Of a stretch of DNA of 64,000 nucleotides, positions 57,210-64,000 are shown in pieces; position 1 is the first letter of the stretch, and each line of letters starts with the position of its first letter. A program made the translations under genes and the position numbers. The DNA lies in contig CAZMSJ010000003.1 of the NCBI GenBank assembly GCA_964568925.1, positions 7,452-71,451 on the forward strand. The letters are read 5' to 3'. This DNA is from an uncultured Gammaproteobacteria bacterium. GTDB lineage: Bacteria > Patescibacteriota > Microgenomatia > UBA8517. The notes under the pieces were generated by a model. That model made no database searches and had not been told where the DNA came from. It worked only from the letters and a program-made list of their open reading frames with translations.

Positions 57210-58019
57210 ATGAAGTTAGTTATCTCCACTGATTCAGTAGGAATTGCAACAAATCCAGCTCATTTTAAAGACGTATGGGGCTTTGTCATGAAACACAAAC
57301 AGTTTGCTGGAGTTGAAATGCTTGCCTGGAGAAACCTTGAAGCAAAAGTTAAAGCCTTTGAGAAAGCTCATATCCCCATCTGTGGAATGCATGGAAAAAC
57401 CGGAGGAATGCGAGAAGCAACACAGGTGAGCCAGTACCCCATCTACTTCCTTATGCAAGAGGTTTTTGCCCCAATCCGAGTGGAGGCCCAGGTTGCGACA
57501 AAATACAATCTTCACTACCTTCTGGTTCATGTAGAGTACGCTCGAGAGCTCTTGGAAACCAAAAATGAACAAATAGTGTCGTCCATTCCGCTTCTGGTTG
57601 AAAACGACATCGAGAGATCAAGCCATACAAAGACTCTGGCAGCGATTAAAACGCTGCGAGAAAAGAAGATACAGGCCAACATGGTGTTCGACATCGTTCA
57701 CGCGATTCGAAGCACTCGTGAGCCATTTGACAAGGCCTTCGACTATGCCTTAACACTCTTAACACACGTTAGCCCAATGGCTATTCATCTTCCCGTCGGA
57801 ACATACCTCTCAGACTCACTTCCATGGGAGCAGATGACCCAACACCAGTTTGAAGCACTTGCTCGAGCAATTAGTCATGTTTCACCAACCTACCTTATTA
57901 TCGAAAACCAACAACAGAGAATCTATTCATACCTCGCTCCAAAAGGAGTGAGAGAAAAACAGAGAGCTCGAAATGAGCGTATCATTGAAAAGATGGTGAA
58001 GATCGGTATACTGCAATAA
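57210..58019 (+). CDS. Hypothetical protein, possibly a xylose-isomerase-like TIM barrel
   Basis: Weak pattern only (..LLVHVEY.., ..LLVENDIE.., ..DIVHA..). Its stop overlaps the next start (TAATG). Confidence 0.35.
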   Translation: MKLVISTDSVGIATNPAHFKDVWGFVMKHKQFAGVEMLAWRNLEAKVKAFEKAHIPICGMHGKTGGMREATQVSQYPIYFLMQEVFAPIRVEAQVATKYNLHYLLVHVEYARELLETKNEQIVSSIPLLVENDIERSSHTKTLAAIKTLREKKIQANMVFDIVHAIRSTREPFDKAFDYALTLLTHVSPMAIHLPVGTYLSDSLPWEQMTQHQFEALARAISHVSPTYLIIENQQQRIYSYLAPKGVREKQRARNERIIEKMVKIGILQ

Positions 58020-59113
58020 TGCAAACGATTACCTGCGCGTCTTGTGGCAAAGAAATAGAAATTTCTGAAGCCTTAAGTCACCAAGTGACAGAAGAGGTTA
58101 TTAAAAAAACAAGGAGAGAAGCCCAGCAGGCAGCAGAGGCTCTTGCTAAAAAACAATTTGATTTTGAAAAAGAAAAACTTCTGAGAGAAGTAGCGGATTC
58201 ACACGCACAAGCAACTAAACTTCAACAAGAGATTTTGTCCCTCACTCATGAGATCCGTGCATCCAGGCGGGAAAGTGAACAAAAAGAACTAGAAATGCAA
58301 AAACGACTGGCTTCTGAGGAAGAAAAGATCCGTTTTCTTGCAATGAAAGAGGCTCAAGAGCGAGAAGATTTGAAACTTAAGGCAAAAGAGAAAACCATTG
58401 AAGATCTGCAAAAAGCCCTTACCGTTGCACAACAGAAAGCAGCACAAGGTTCCCAACAAACACAAGGTGAAGTCCTTGAATTAAATCTCGAAGAGTCATT
58501 AAAGAAAAGCTTTCCACAAGACGAGATTCGAGAAGTACCCAAGGGTATTCGCGGTGCTGACTTAATTCATGTGGTGAGAGACCGCAATGGAGTTGTTATT
58601 GGAACAATGATCTGGGAAACAAAAAATGCCAAATGGAGCCCTGGGTGGATTGAAAAGCTCAAAGAAGATCAACGTGCAGCAAAAGCTGATATCGCAATCC
58701 TTGCAACGGTTAACTTGCCAGAGGACATTGAACATTTTTCCTTGAGAAGCAATGTGTGGGTAACAAGCACGAAGTCAATGCTAGAGCTAGCTCAAGCTCT
58801 TCGTTTTCAACTCTATCAAGTTGCCACAACAAAGGCATCAGTTGAGAAAAAGAGTGAACAGGTAGAGCTCTTGTATTCATATTTTACCTCTCCAGAGTTT
58901 GTGCATCGCATTGAGTCAATCATGGAATCATTTGAATCAATGAGAGGTGAGATTGAAAAGGAAAGAAAATGGTTTACCGCAAAGTGGGAGAGACAAGAGA
59001 AGATTATTCAAAAGGCACTGACACAAACAACAGGAATGTATGGGTCCCTCTCAGGAGTTGTTGAAATGCCAACATCCCGGCTTCTTACCGGAGACTTAGA
59101 AGATGTTTCTTAA
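58019..59113 (+). CDS. DUF2130-family protein (N-terminal zinc ribbon, coiled coil, C-terminal nuclease-like domain)
   Basis: MQTITCASCGKEIE.., a long E/K/Q coiled coil, then ..KGIRGADLIHVV....GTMIWETKNAKWSPGWIEKLKEDQ.. Confidence 0.65.
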   Translation: MQTITCASCGKEIEISEALSHQVTEEVIKKTRREAQQAAEALAKKQFDFEKEKLLREVADSHAQATKLQQEILSLTHEIRASRRESEQKELEMQKRLASEEEKIRFLAMKEAQEREDLKLKAKEKTIEDLQKALTVAQQKAAQGSQQTQGEVLELNLEESLKKSFPQDEIREVPKGIRGADLIHVVRDRNGVVIGTMIWETKNAKWSPGWIEKLKEDQRAAKADIAILATVNLPEDIEHFSLRSNVWVTSTKSMLELAQALRFQLYQVATTKASVEKKSEQVELLYSYFTSPEFVHRIESIMESFESMRGEIEKERKWFTAKWERQEKIIQKALTQTTGMYGSLSGVVEMPTSRLLTGDLEDVS

Positions 59114-60062
59114 GAGCTGCGATTGATTCTGGGTCATAGATTGAAGCAGTTAACACTTCTTTTCCACTCTTTTTAAAGAGCTTCACGATTTCAGCAACCT
59201 GCTTTTCATCAACTAAATCAACTTTGGTGATAACAATCACTTCTTTCTTTTGTACTAAATCTTTTTTATATGAAGCAAGTTCAGTGCGAATGGTTTCATA
59301 GCTTTCCCATGCATTTTCATTTTCAGCAGAAATACAGTGCAAAATGACATTTACTTTTTCAATGTGTTTTAAGAACTTAAATCCTAAGCCTCGACCTGTG
59401 TGTGCGCCTTCAATAAGTCCAGGAATATCAGCCAAGATACTTTTTTCCATGACTCCAAGGTTCGGGGAAAGGGTTGTAAAGGCATAATTACCTACCTTTG
59501 CTTTGGCGTTGGTTAATTCGTTTAAGAGACTACTTTTTCCAGCATTTGGAAGACCAACAAAGCCAAAATCAGCAATAAGTTTTAAGTTAATATGGAATAA
59601 TCGCTTTTCTCCCGGAAGACCATTTTGTGCAAATTTAGGGGTTGTTCTTCGAGGGGATCGGAACTCAAAGTTTCCACGTCCACCACGTCCACCTTTTGAA
59701 ATCATGACTCGTTGACCAACTTCTACTAAATCAATCGTCTCACCACTTGTCACAAGTCCTGGTTCACGAACGGTTTCAATTTCAGTCAAGGTTGTGCCTA
59801 CTGGAAGGAGAATGGTTAAGTCTTTCCCATCACGGCCAGTTGCTTTCTTTTTTCCACCAGGGATACCATTTTCAGCTTCAAATTCCGTTTGGGTTAAAAA
59901 TTGAGCCAAAAGAGTCAAATCACTGGCTGCTTCCACAAAAACATCCCCTCCACGGCCTCCATTTCCACCGTCAGGTCCACTTCCTGTCATTTTTCCAAAC
60001 GACACAATACCGGTTCCTCCATGGCCACCGGTAAAGGTAATTGTTGCTTCGTCGATCATCAT
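59085..60062 (-). CDS. obg: GTPase Obg/CgtA
   Basis: Obg fold (..GGHGGTGIVSF.., ..GGRGGDV..) and G domain (GLPNAGKSSLL, DIPGLIEGA, TKVD). The start is moved to ATG 60062. Confidence 0.92.
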   Translation of the reverse strand: MMIDEATITFTGGHGGTGIVSFGKMTGSGPDGGNGGRGGDVFVEAASDLTLLAQFLTQTEFEAENGIPGGKKKATGRDGKDLTILLPVGTTLTEIETVREPGLVTSGETIDLVEVGQRVMISKGGRGGRGNFEFRSPRRTTPKFAQNGLPGEKRLFHINLKLIADFGFVGLPNAGKSSLLNELTNAKAKVGNYAFTTLSPNLGVMEKSILADIPGLIEGAHTGRGLGFKFLKHIEKVNVILHCISAENENAWESYETIRTELASYKKDLVQKKEVIVITKVDLVDEKQVAEIVKLFKKSGKEVLTASIYDPESIAALKKHLLSLR

Positions 60063-60138
60063 ACTAGGTGACAGTATACCTGAATATGGTATATTAAACA
60101 AAAGTTATGGGGCGATTGCCTCAAAGGAGCAGGTATTT

Positions 60139-60408
60139 TTGGCAACAAATGATGCACTGACCAATGGTATTGTTCTTCTTGTGCTGATTGGTTCATACGT
60201 TGTTTACACTCGAATCAGAGTCTCACTCCTCTTTGCAGCCGTCGTAACTATCGTTGAGTTTGCTCAGTTTTTGAAGGTGAGTACTGAAATTTCTGATCCA
60301 CCACTGGGGCTCACCTTAATGAGTGCTCTGTGCTTTGGTTTGTGGTTTGCAAAGATAATTAAGGAAGTAGATCAGCGGGTGCAGGAGAAAGTAAAAGAAA
60401 GCGAATGA
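60139..60408 (+). CDS. Small two-TM membrane protein
   Basis: AAGGAG (60123-60128) before TTG 60139, followed by a terminator at 60440. Confidence 0.5.
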   Translation: MATNDALTNGIVLLVLIGSYVVYTRIRVSLLFAAVVTIVEFAQFLKVSTEISDPPLGLTLMSALCFGLWFAKIIKEVDQRVQEKVKESE

Positions 60409-61065
60409 GTAGTTAACAGAGATATATATTACAAAATATGCCCCTTTTTTTAAAAGGGGCTTTCTTTTAAGATATCGAATTTTGTATTGCCTCCAGATTT
60501 TCAAATACTTTCGGGATAATGTGATCATTTCTGCAAAAATTGTCCTCCTATCTGCGTAACTCAAGCCATAATTAACTTCTTTGGTTTGGAAGTCACGGAG
60601 AAATTCAGTGAGCTCACTGTTTGTCATTTCACGAATGTCTTGAATTACAATCTGACTTTTATGCACCTCGATTAAATTTTGAATCCTTTTTGGCAGCATC
60701 CTAGAATAGATTTCTGGAGGCACTAACATGAGTATTGGCTTGTTGCACGATAGAGCATACGCCGTCTCAATACCGGTACTTTCACCGATATATCCGTCAA
60801 GATCATCATAAATATCAAATGTGATCTGAATATGGTTTTGTCTGATTTCTCTAAAAAACTCAATCTGTGTCTTGTAAAATGGCACCTCCGCCTCCTCTGG
60901 TATTGTAATCGCAAACTTGTACGGATAATCAATAATTGTGTCACCACGGGGGAACTGAACAATTATTCCAGCATCGACTAATCTTCTACGAAGAAGGAAA
61001 AGGCCTTGATTATCCGGGCTATATTTACCACTAATTTGAACTCTTGGACATTGCAACTTATTCAT
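60316..61065 (-). CDS. Nucleoside 2-deoxyribosyltransferase-like (NDT/SLOG-type Rossmannoid) protein with a suspect 3' extension
   Basis: GAGG SD. ..RVQISGKYS.. and ..DGYIGESTGIETAYALSCNKPILML.. The last roughly 50 codons run through the 60440 terminator hairpin and antisense to the 60139 gene. Confidence 0.5.
   Translation of the reverse strand: MNKLQCPRVQISGKYSPDNQGLFLLRRRLVDAGIIVQFPRGDTIIDYPYKFAITIPEEAEVPFYKTQIEFFREIRQNHIQITFDIYDDLDGYIGESTGIETAYALSCNKPILMLVPPEIYSRMLPKRIQNLIEVHKSQIVIQDIREMTNSELTEFLRDFQTKEVNYGLSYADRRTIFAEMITLSRKYLKIWRQYKIRYLKRKPLLKKGAYFVIYISVNYSFAFFYFLLHPLIYFLNYLCKPQTKAQSTH
60440..60469 (+). terminator. Rho-independent terminator
   Basis: GCCCCTTTT-TTTT-AAAAGGGGC (60440-60461) followed by TTTCTTTT. 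Confidence 0.8.
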
Positions 61066-61161
61066 GTCTACCTCACATAACTAAATCATGGTTACTGTGC
61101 GTATTATAGGTGAGATCTGGTTAATTTTCAAGGAATACTTAAAGATGTAAGATAAGATCTA

Positions 61162-61926
61162 ATGAAAATAACCAGACATAAAAGAAATGAAATAATGAAT
61201 GTGTGCAGAAAGCTTATCTCAGCACACAAGAACAGATTGATTAGCAGCTACCCTTTGCCTGAAGATAATTGTCCGAATTTCGGGAGAACTAATGAAGATC
61301 TAGAAAGAAAATTATTTTATTTTACACTTCCTATGTGTATGAACTATCGAAGGAATAGTGTGCAACTATGGAAAGCTACTTTAGAAACATTTAACGATCC
61401 AACAACTAGTGAGATTTTTTCCATTAGTTATTCTTCAAAGATACTGATTTCTGACTTAAAGGAAAAACTTTTAAAGTATAAAATGGCAATGCAGCCGGTT
61501 AGGCACGCAGATAATTGGTATAGGATATCAAATACAATTTATAACAACTGGGGGTCTATTTCAGAGATGCTTGAAGCAGTTGATTATGATTTTTTAAAAT
61601 TAAAGCAGACGGTACAAAGAGAATTTAAATCAGGGTTCCCATATTTATCTGGACCGAAACTATTTAATTATTGGAGTTATATTCTCACAACTAAATGTGA
61701 TGTTCCTCTTCAACATAAGGATATGATTGATATTGCAGTAGACACACATGTGATACAGTCTTCAATTAAACTCGGTATCATCAGTCAAAGTGAAGGTGAA
61801 AATTCTAATAGAGAGGATATCGCGAAAGTATGGAGTTCTTTTCTGAAAGGCTCAGATATTGCCCCTGTAGAACTGAATGTACCATTTTGGTTTTGGAGTA
61901 GAGACGGGTTTACCTTCAAAGTTTAG
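61162..61926 (+). CDS. HhH-GPD-superfamily DNA glycosylase-like protein
   Basis: ..FPYLSGPKLFNYWSYIL...IDIAVDTHVIQSSIKLGI.. parallels the EndoIII segment LPGVGRKTANVVL...IAVDTHIFRV, giving candidate Lys and Asp residues. Confidence 0.5.
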   Translation: MKITRHKRNEIMNVCRKLISAHKNRLISSYPLPEDNCPNFGRTNEDLERKLFYFTLPMCMNYRRNSVQLWKATLETFNDPTTSEIFSISYSSKILISDLKEKLLKYKMAMQPVRHADNWYRISNTIYNNWGSISEMLEAVDYDFLKLKQTVQREFKSGFPYLSGPKLFNYWSYILTTKCDVPLQHKDMIDIAVDTHVIQSSIKLGIISQSEGENSNREDIAKVWSSFLKGSDIAPVELNVPFWFWSRDGFTFKV

Positions 61927-62458
61927 AAACGGCCTCTAAAAGTTCGTCATACTTTTTAGTTTCAATGTCCTCTTGTTTTAAACCAAACTTACTTGCTTGA
62001 TCAAAAATTTGCCTCTCTGAATCAGAAATTTTGTCTTCACTTGTTAATATTTCTATTTCTAAATAACTTCCAAGGCCATCCACTTCGTCCAAAGCAATAC
62101 TTATTTCGCCTTCCTTATATTCAATTCGCCTTTTATTAACTAAACTAACCTGATTAAAATTACATTCCTTAAGAATGTCTTGCATTATATTAGCTGAGCT
62201 AATAACTAGCTCATGCTCAACAGCGTCTCCAGAAGTATTTATCACTCGCTTGCAAGTCATCTTGGTTTCCTCTCCAACAGTACGAATCCTCACGACGGGC
62301 ATTCCACGTTTGAATTGTCTAAAAGATTTGATTTTCTGAAGGAAAATAATGTCTGATTGAAACACTGATTGAGCATGGCCATGTTTGTTCTCGAGAAGAC
62401 TTAGTATCTTACTCTTTTGATCTTTATTTATTTTAAATTTACGTTCAACTTCAATCAT
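61916..62458 (-). CDS. CYTH-domain protein (CyaB-type class IV adenylyl cyclase / triphosphatase fold)
   Basis: N-terminal MIEVERKF (the ExExK motif). Length is about 180 aa. The start is moved to ATG 62458. Confidence 0.65.
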   Translation of the reverse strand: MIEVERKFKINKDQKSKILSLLENKHGHAQSVFQSDIIFLQKIKSFRQFKRGMPVVRIRTVGEETKMTCKRVINTSGDAVEHELVISSANIMQDILKECNFNQVSLVNKRRIEYKEGEISIALDEVDGLGSYLEIEILTSEDKISDSERQIFDQASKFGLKQEDIETKKYDELLEAVSKL

Positions 62459-62486
62459 ATACGCAGTATAAACCCAAAAGCTTTTT

Positions 62487-63890
62487 TTAAAACGAGGAGC
62501 CCGCTTGAAATGTTTCAAGGGGAACTGTTTTTAGTTTAACTCTCCACTTTTTTGGAAAAAGGAGTGCTTTTCTCAATATTTTGTACATATCCCAATCAAA
62601 GGACAGGGGGACTAGTTCACTTCTTTCAGATTGAACAAACCCCATATAGCACCAATTAAAGATGAGGTGATTAACTGGCTCTTCAGAAGCATTTTTCTCT
62701 GAAAGAATAACAACCTGATCTGGGTATGGCCAAGCGGGCACCCGAATGCTTTTTAAGGCCTCAATCACCCGTGCGTTATACACTTCTTGATCTTCCTCAC
62801 CAGCACATACTCCATTACAAAAACCAATTTGTGAATGGAAACAGGCCCCTTTCTCATGGGTTAACCCTAAGTACTTGGGGCAGAGCATATGTTCTTTCGA
62901 CAATTCCCAGAGTCGCTCCTTGGCTTGAACAACTGAACGAAAGACACCAACAATGGAAGAAACATCAGAGAGCAAAATGTTCGGAACCTTTTCAATGTAG
63001 ACCACACCATCTTTAAACAAAATTGCATACATATGTGAGTTTCTTCTCAATTGTTTGTTGTGAAGTGGCATGAGCGCCTTCACCAGTTGAGATTCCTTGA
63101 GAAGCGCTGAGATTTCTCCATCTGTTTCTTCAAAGGTAACTGATGCAATTTCTTTCCACACAGTGGCATCAGTTCCGGTTAAGACTCCAGTAAAGTGAGA
63201 GCGAACACGAGAACGAATGTTGTTTGCTTTGCCAACATACAGGACCGTGTTTTCTTTATTTAAAAAAACGTAAACACCTGGTCTTGTCGGAAGAGTTGCA
63301 ATGTCAGTTTCTGTAAGTCCTGGAGGGCAACTTAACCGACCATTAATCAGTCGTTCAACGGTTTCAGGAAACGTGGAAAGAGGGGAAAGAGCCTTGCAGA
63401 CATCAAAGACTGCCTCTGCATCAGGCAGAGCTCTGTGTCGATCAACTGAGGGTATGGAAAGAGCTGACAAAACAGCATCAAGATTGGCTCTCGTCAAGTT
63501 TGGAATAAGTGCACGAGAAAGTGCTACCGTACACAATTGTTTTGGACGAAAGGAAAATCCTTCTCGTGCAAATGATTCAGTTAAAAAGCCGACATCAAAT
63601 CGAGCGTTGTGTGCAACGATCGTTGCTCCTTCAAGTAACTCATACAACTCGTCGGCTATGGTTGAAAAGTGTGGAGCTCCTTCAATGTCGGCTGGGGTAA
63701 TACCAGTAAAACGAACAATCTCCGGTGGTAACTCGGTGCCAGGATCGACAAACCATTGGTGTTTGGTTACCTCACCATCTTTCACATACACAATACCAAT
63801 CTCAATAATACGATTACGTCGAGGATCAAGTCCTGTTGTTTCAAGGTCAAGATATGCGACAGGTCCGGAGAGAATGGAAGGAGGGTTCAC
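62487..63890 (-). CDS. DEDDh 3'-5' exonuclease (DnaQ-like) fused to a GIY-YIG (UvrC/Cho-like) nuclease domain
   Basis: Exo I ..YLDLETTGLD.., Exo III ..HRALPDAEA.. GIY-YIG segment ..GVYVFLNKENTVLYVGKANNIRSRVRSHF.. GTG start overlapping the upstream stop (GTGA). Confidence 0.85.
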   Translation of the reverse strand: MNPPSILSGPVAYLDLETTGLDPRRNRIIEIGIVYVKDGEVTKHQWFVDPGTELPPEIVRFTGITPADIEGAPHFSTIADELYELLEGATIVAHNARFDVGFLTESFAREGFSFRPKQLCTVALSRALIPNLTRANLDAVLSALSIPSVDRHRALPDAEAVFDVCKALSPLSTFPETVERLINGRLSCPPGLTETDIATLPTRPGVYVFLNKENTVLYVGKANNIRSRVRSHFTGVLTGTDATVWKEIASVTFEETDGEISALLKESQLVKALMPLHNKQLRRNSHMYAILFKDGVVYIEKVPNILLSDVSSIVGVFRSVVQAKERLWELSKEHMLCPKYLGLTHEKGACFHSQIGFCNGVCAGEEDQEVYNARVIEALKSIRVPAWPYPDQVVILSEKNASEEPVNHLIFNWCYMGFVQSERSELVPLSFDWDMYKILRKALLFPKKWRVKLKTVPLETFQAGSSF

Positions 63891-64000
63891 TTGGCGAGTG
63901 CTGTGTCAATTAATGATTTGAATTCTGCGTAACTTGGAATACCAACTTGTTTTACCCCATTCATAAAGAATGTTGGAGTTGAGTTTACCCCTGCGGCATT
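63887..64000 (-). CDS. DsbA/thioredoxin-fold protein, C-terminal fragment (the gene continues beyond the window)
   Basis: My own translation of the reverse strand is NAAGVNSTPTFFMNGVKQVGIPSYAEFKSLIDTALAK*. This matches the GV.gTPTFf.NG DsbA C-terminal motif. Confidence 0.6.
   Translation of the reverse strand, partial: NAAGVNSTPTFFMNGVKQVGIPSYAEFKSLIDTALAK

Overview
The window is about 64 kb of a gene-dense bacterial chromosome with no rRNA, tRNA, CRISPR array or recognisable mobile element. The gene content points to a reduced-genome, Patescibacteria/CPR-like organism, but this is inference from content only. It includes trimmed aminoacyl-tRNA synthetases, a secretin-less type IV pilus operon, several very large secreted repeat proteins, and GC that I estimate by eye at around 40%.

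Content in order:
- A 5'-truncated PKD/Greek-key surface protein, open to the window edge.
- A DUF1295 membrane protein and an SH3b-rich secreted protein.
- Two tandem paralogs with pilin/PilX-like N-termini.
- A translation block: thrS behind a T-box leader, then infC-rpmI-rplT, pheS, pheT.
- An Excalibur-domain protein, a class A PBP, a NUDIX hydrolase, tyrS, recG, rpmF, nusB, rnc, rpsP and a KH protein.
- A 14-gene minus-strand type IV pilus operon: pilB-pilT-pilC-pilin-pilD, five pilin-like genes, a PilX-like gene, pilM-pilN and a PilO-like gene.
- A holB-like gene and hisS.
- A tightly coupled four-gene cassette: ATP-grasp, papain/C39-like peptidase, ATP-grasp, conserved unknown.
- A Pif1/RecD-like helicase and two giant secreted proteins.
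- gyrB, a methyltransferase, ppaC, an MBL hydrolase, tdk, an M16 peptidase, a NAGPA-like protein, a DUF2130 protein and obg.
- An AT-rich stretch with a nucleoside-deoxyribosyltransferase-like protein, an HhH-GPD-like glycosylase and a CYTH protein.
- A DnaQ-GIY-YIG fusion and a 3'-terminal fragment of a DsbA-like gene.

The four observations I rate highest:
1. The thrS T-box has a complete antiterminator/terminator switch but a truncated Stem I.
2. A -10-like TAnnnT hexamer sits 5-7 nt upstream of the start codon of at least 15 genes. This suggests widespread leaderless expression.
3. The ATP-grasp/peptidase/ATP-grasp cassette is the best candidate here for an uncharacterised system.
4. The AT-rich cluster of nucleobase-handling genes.

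All calls come from reading the sequence and the ORF translations. No database search was run.
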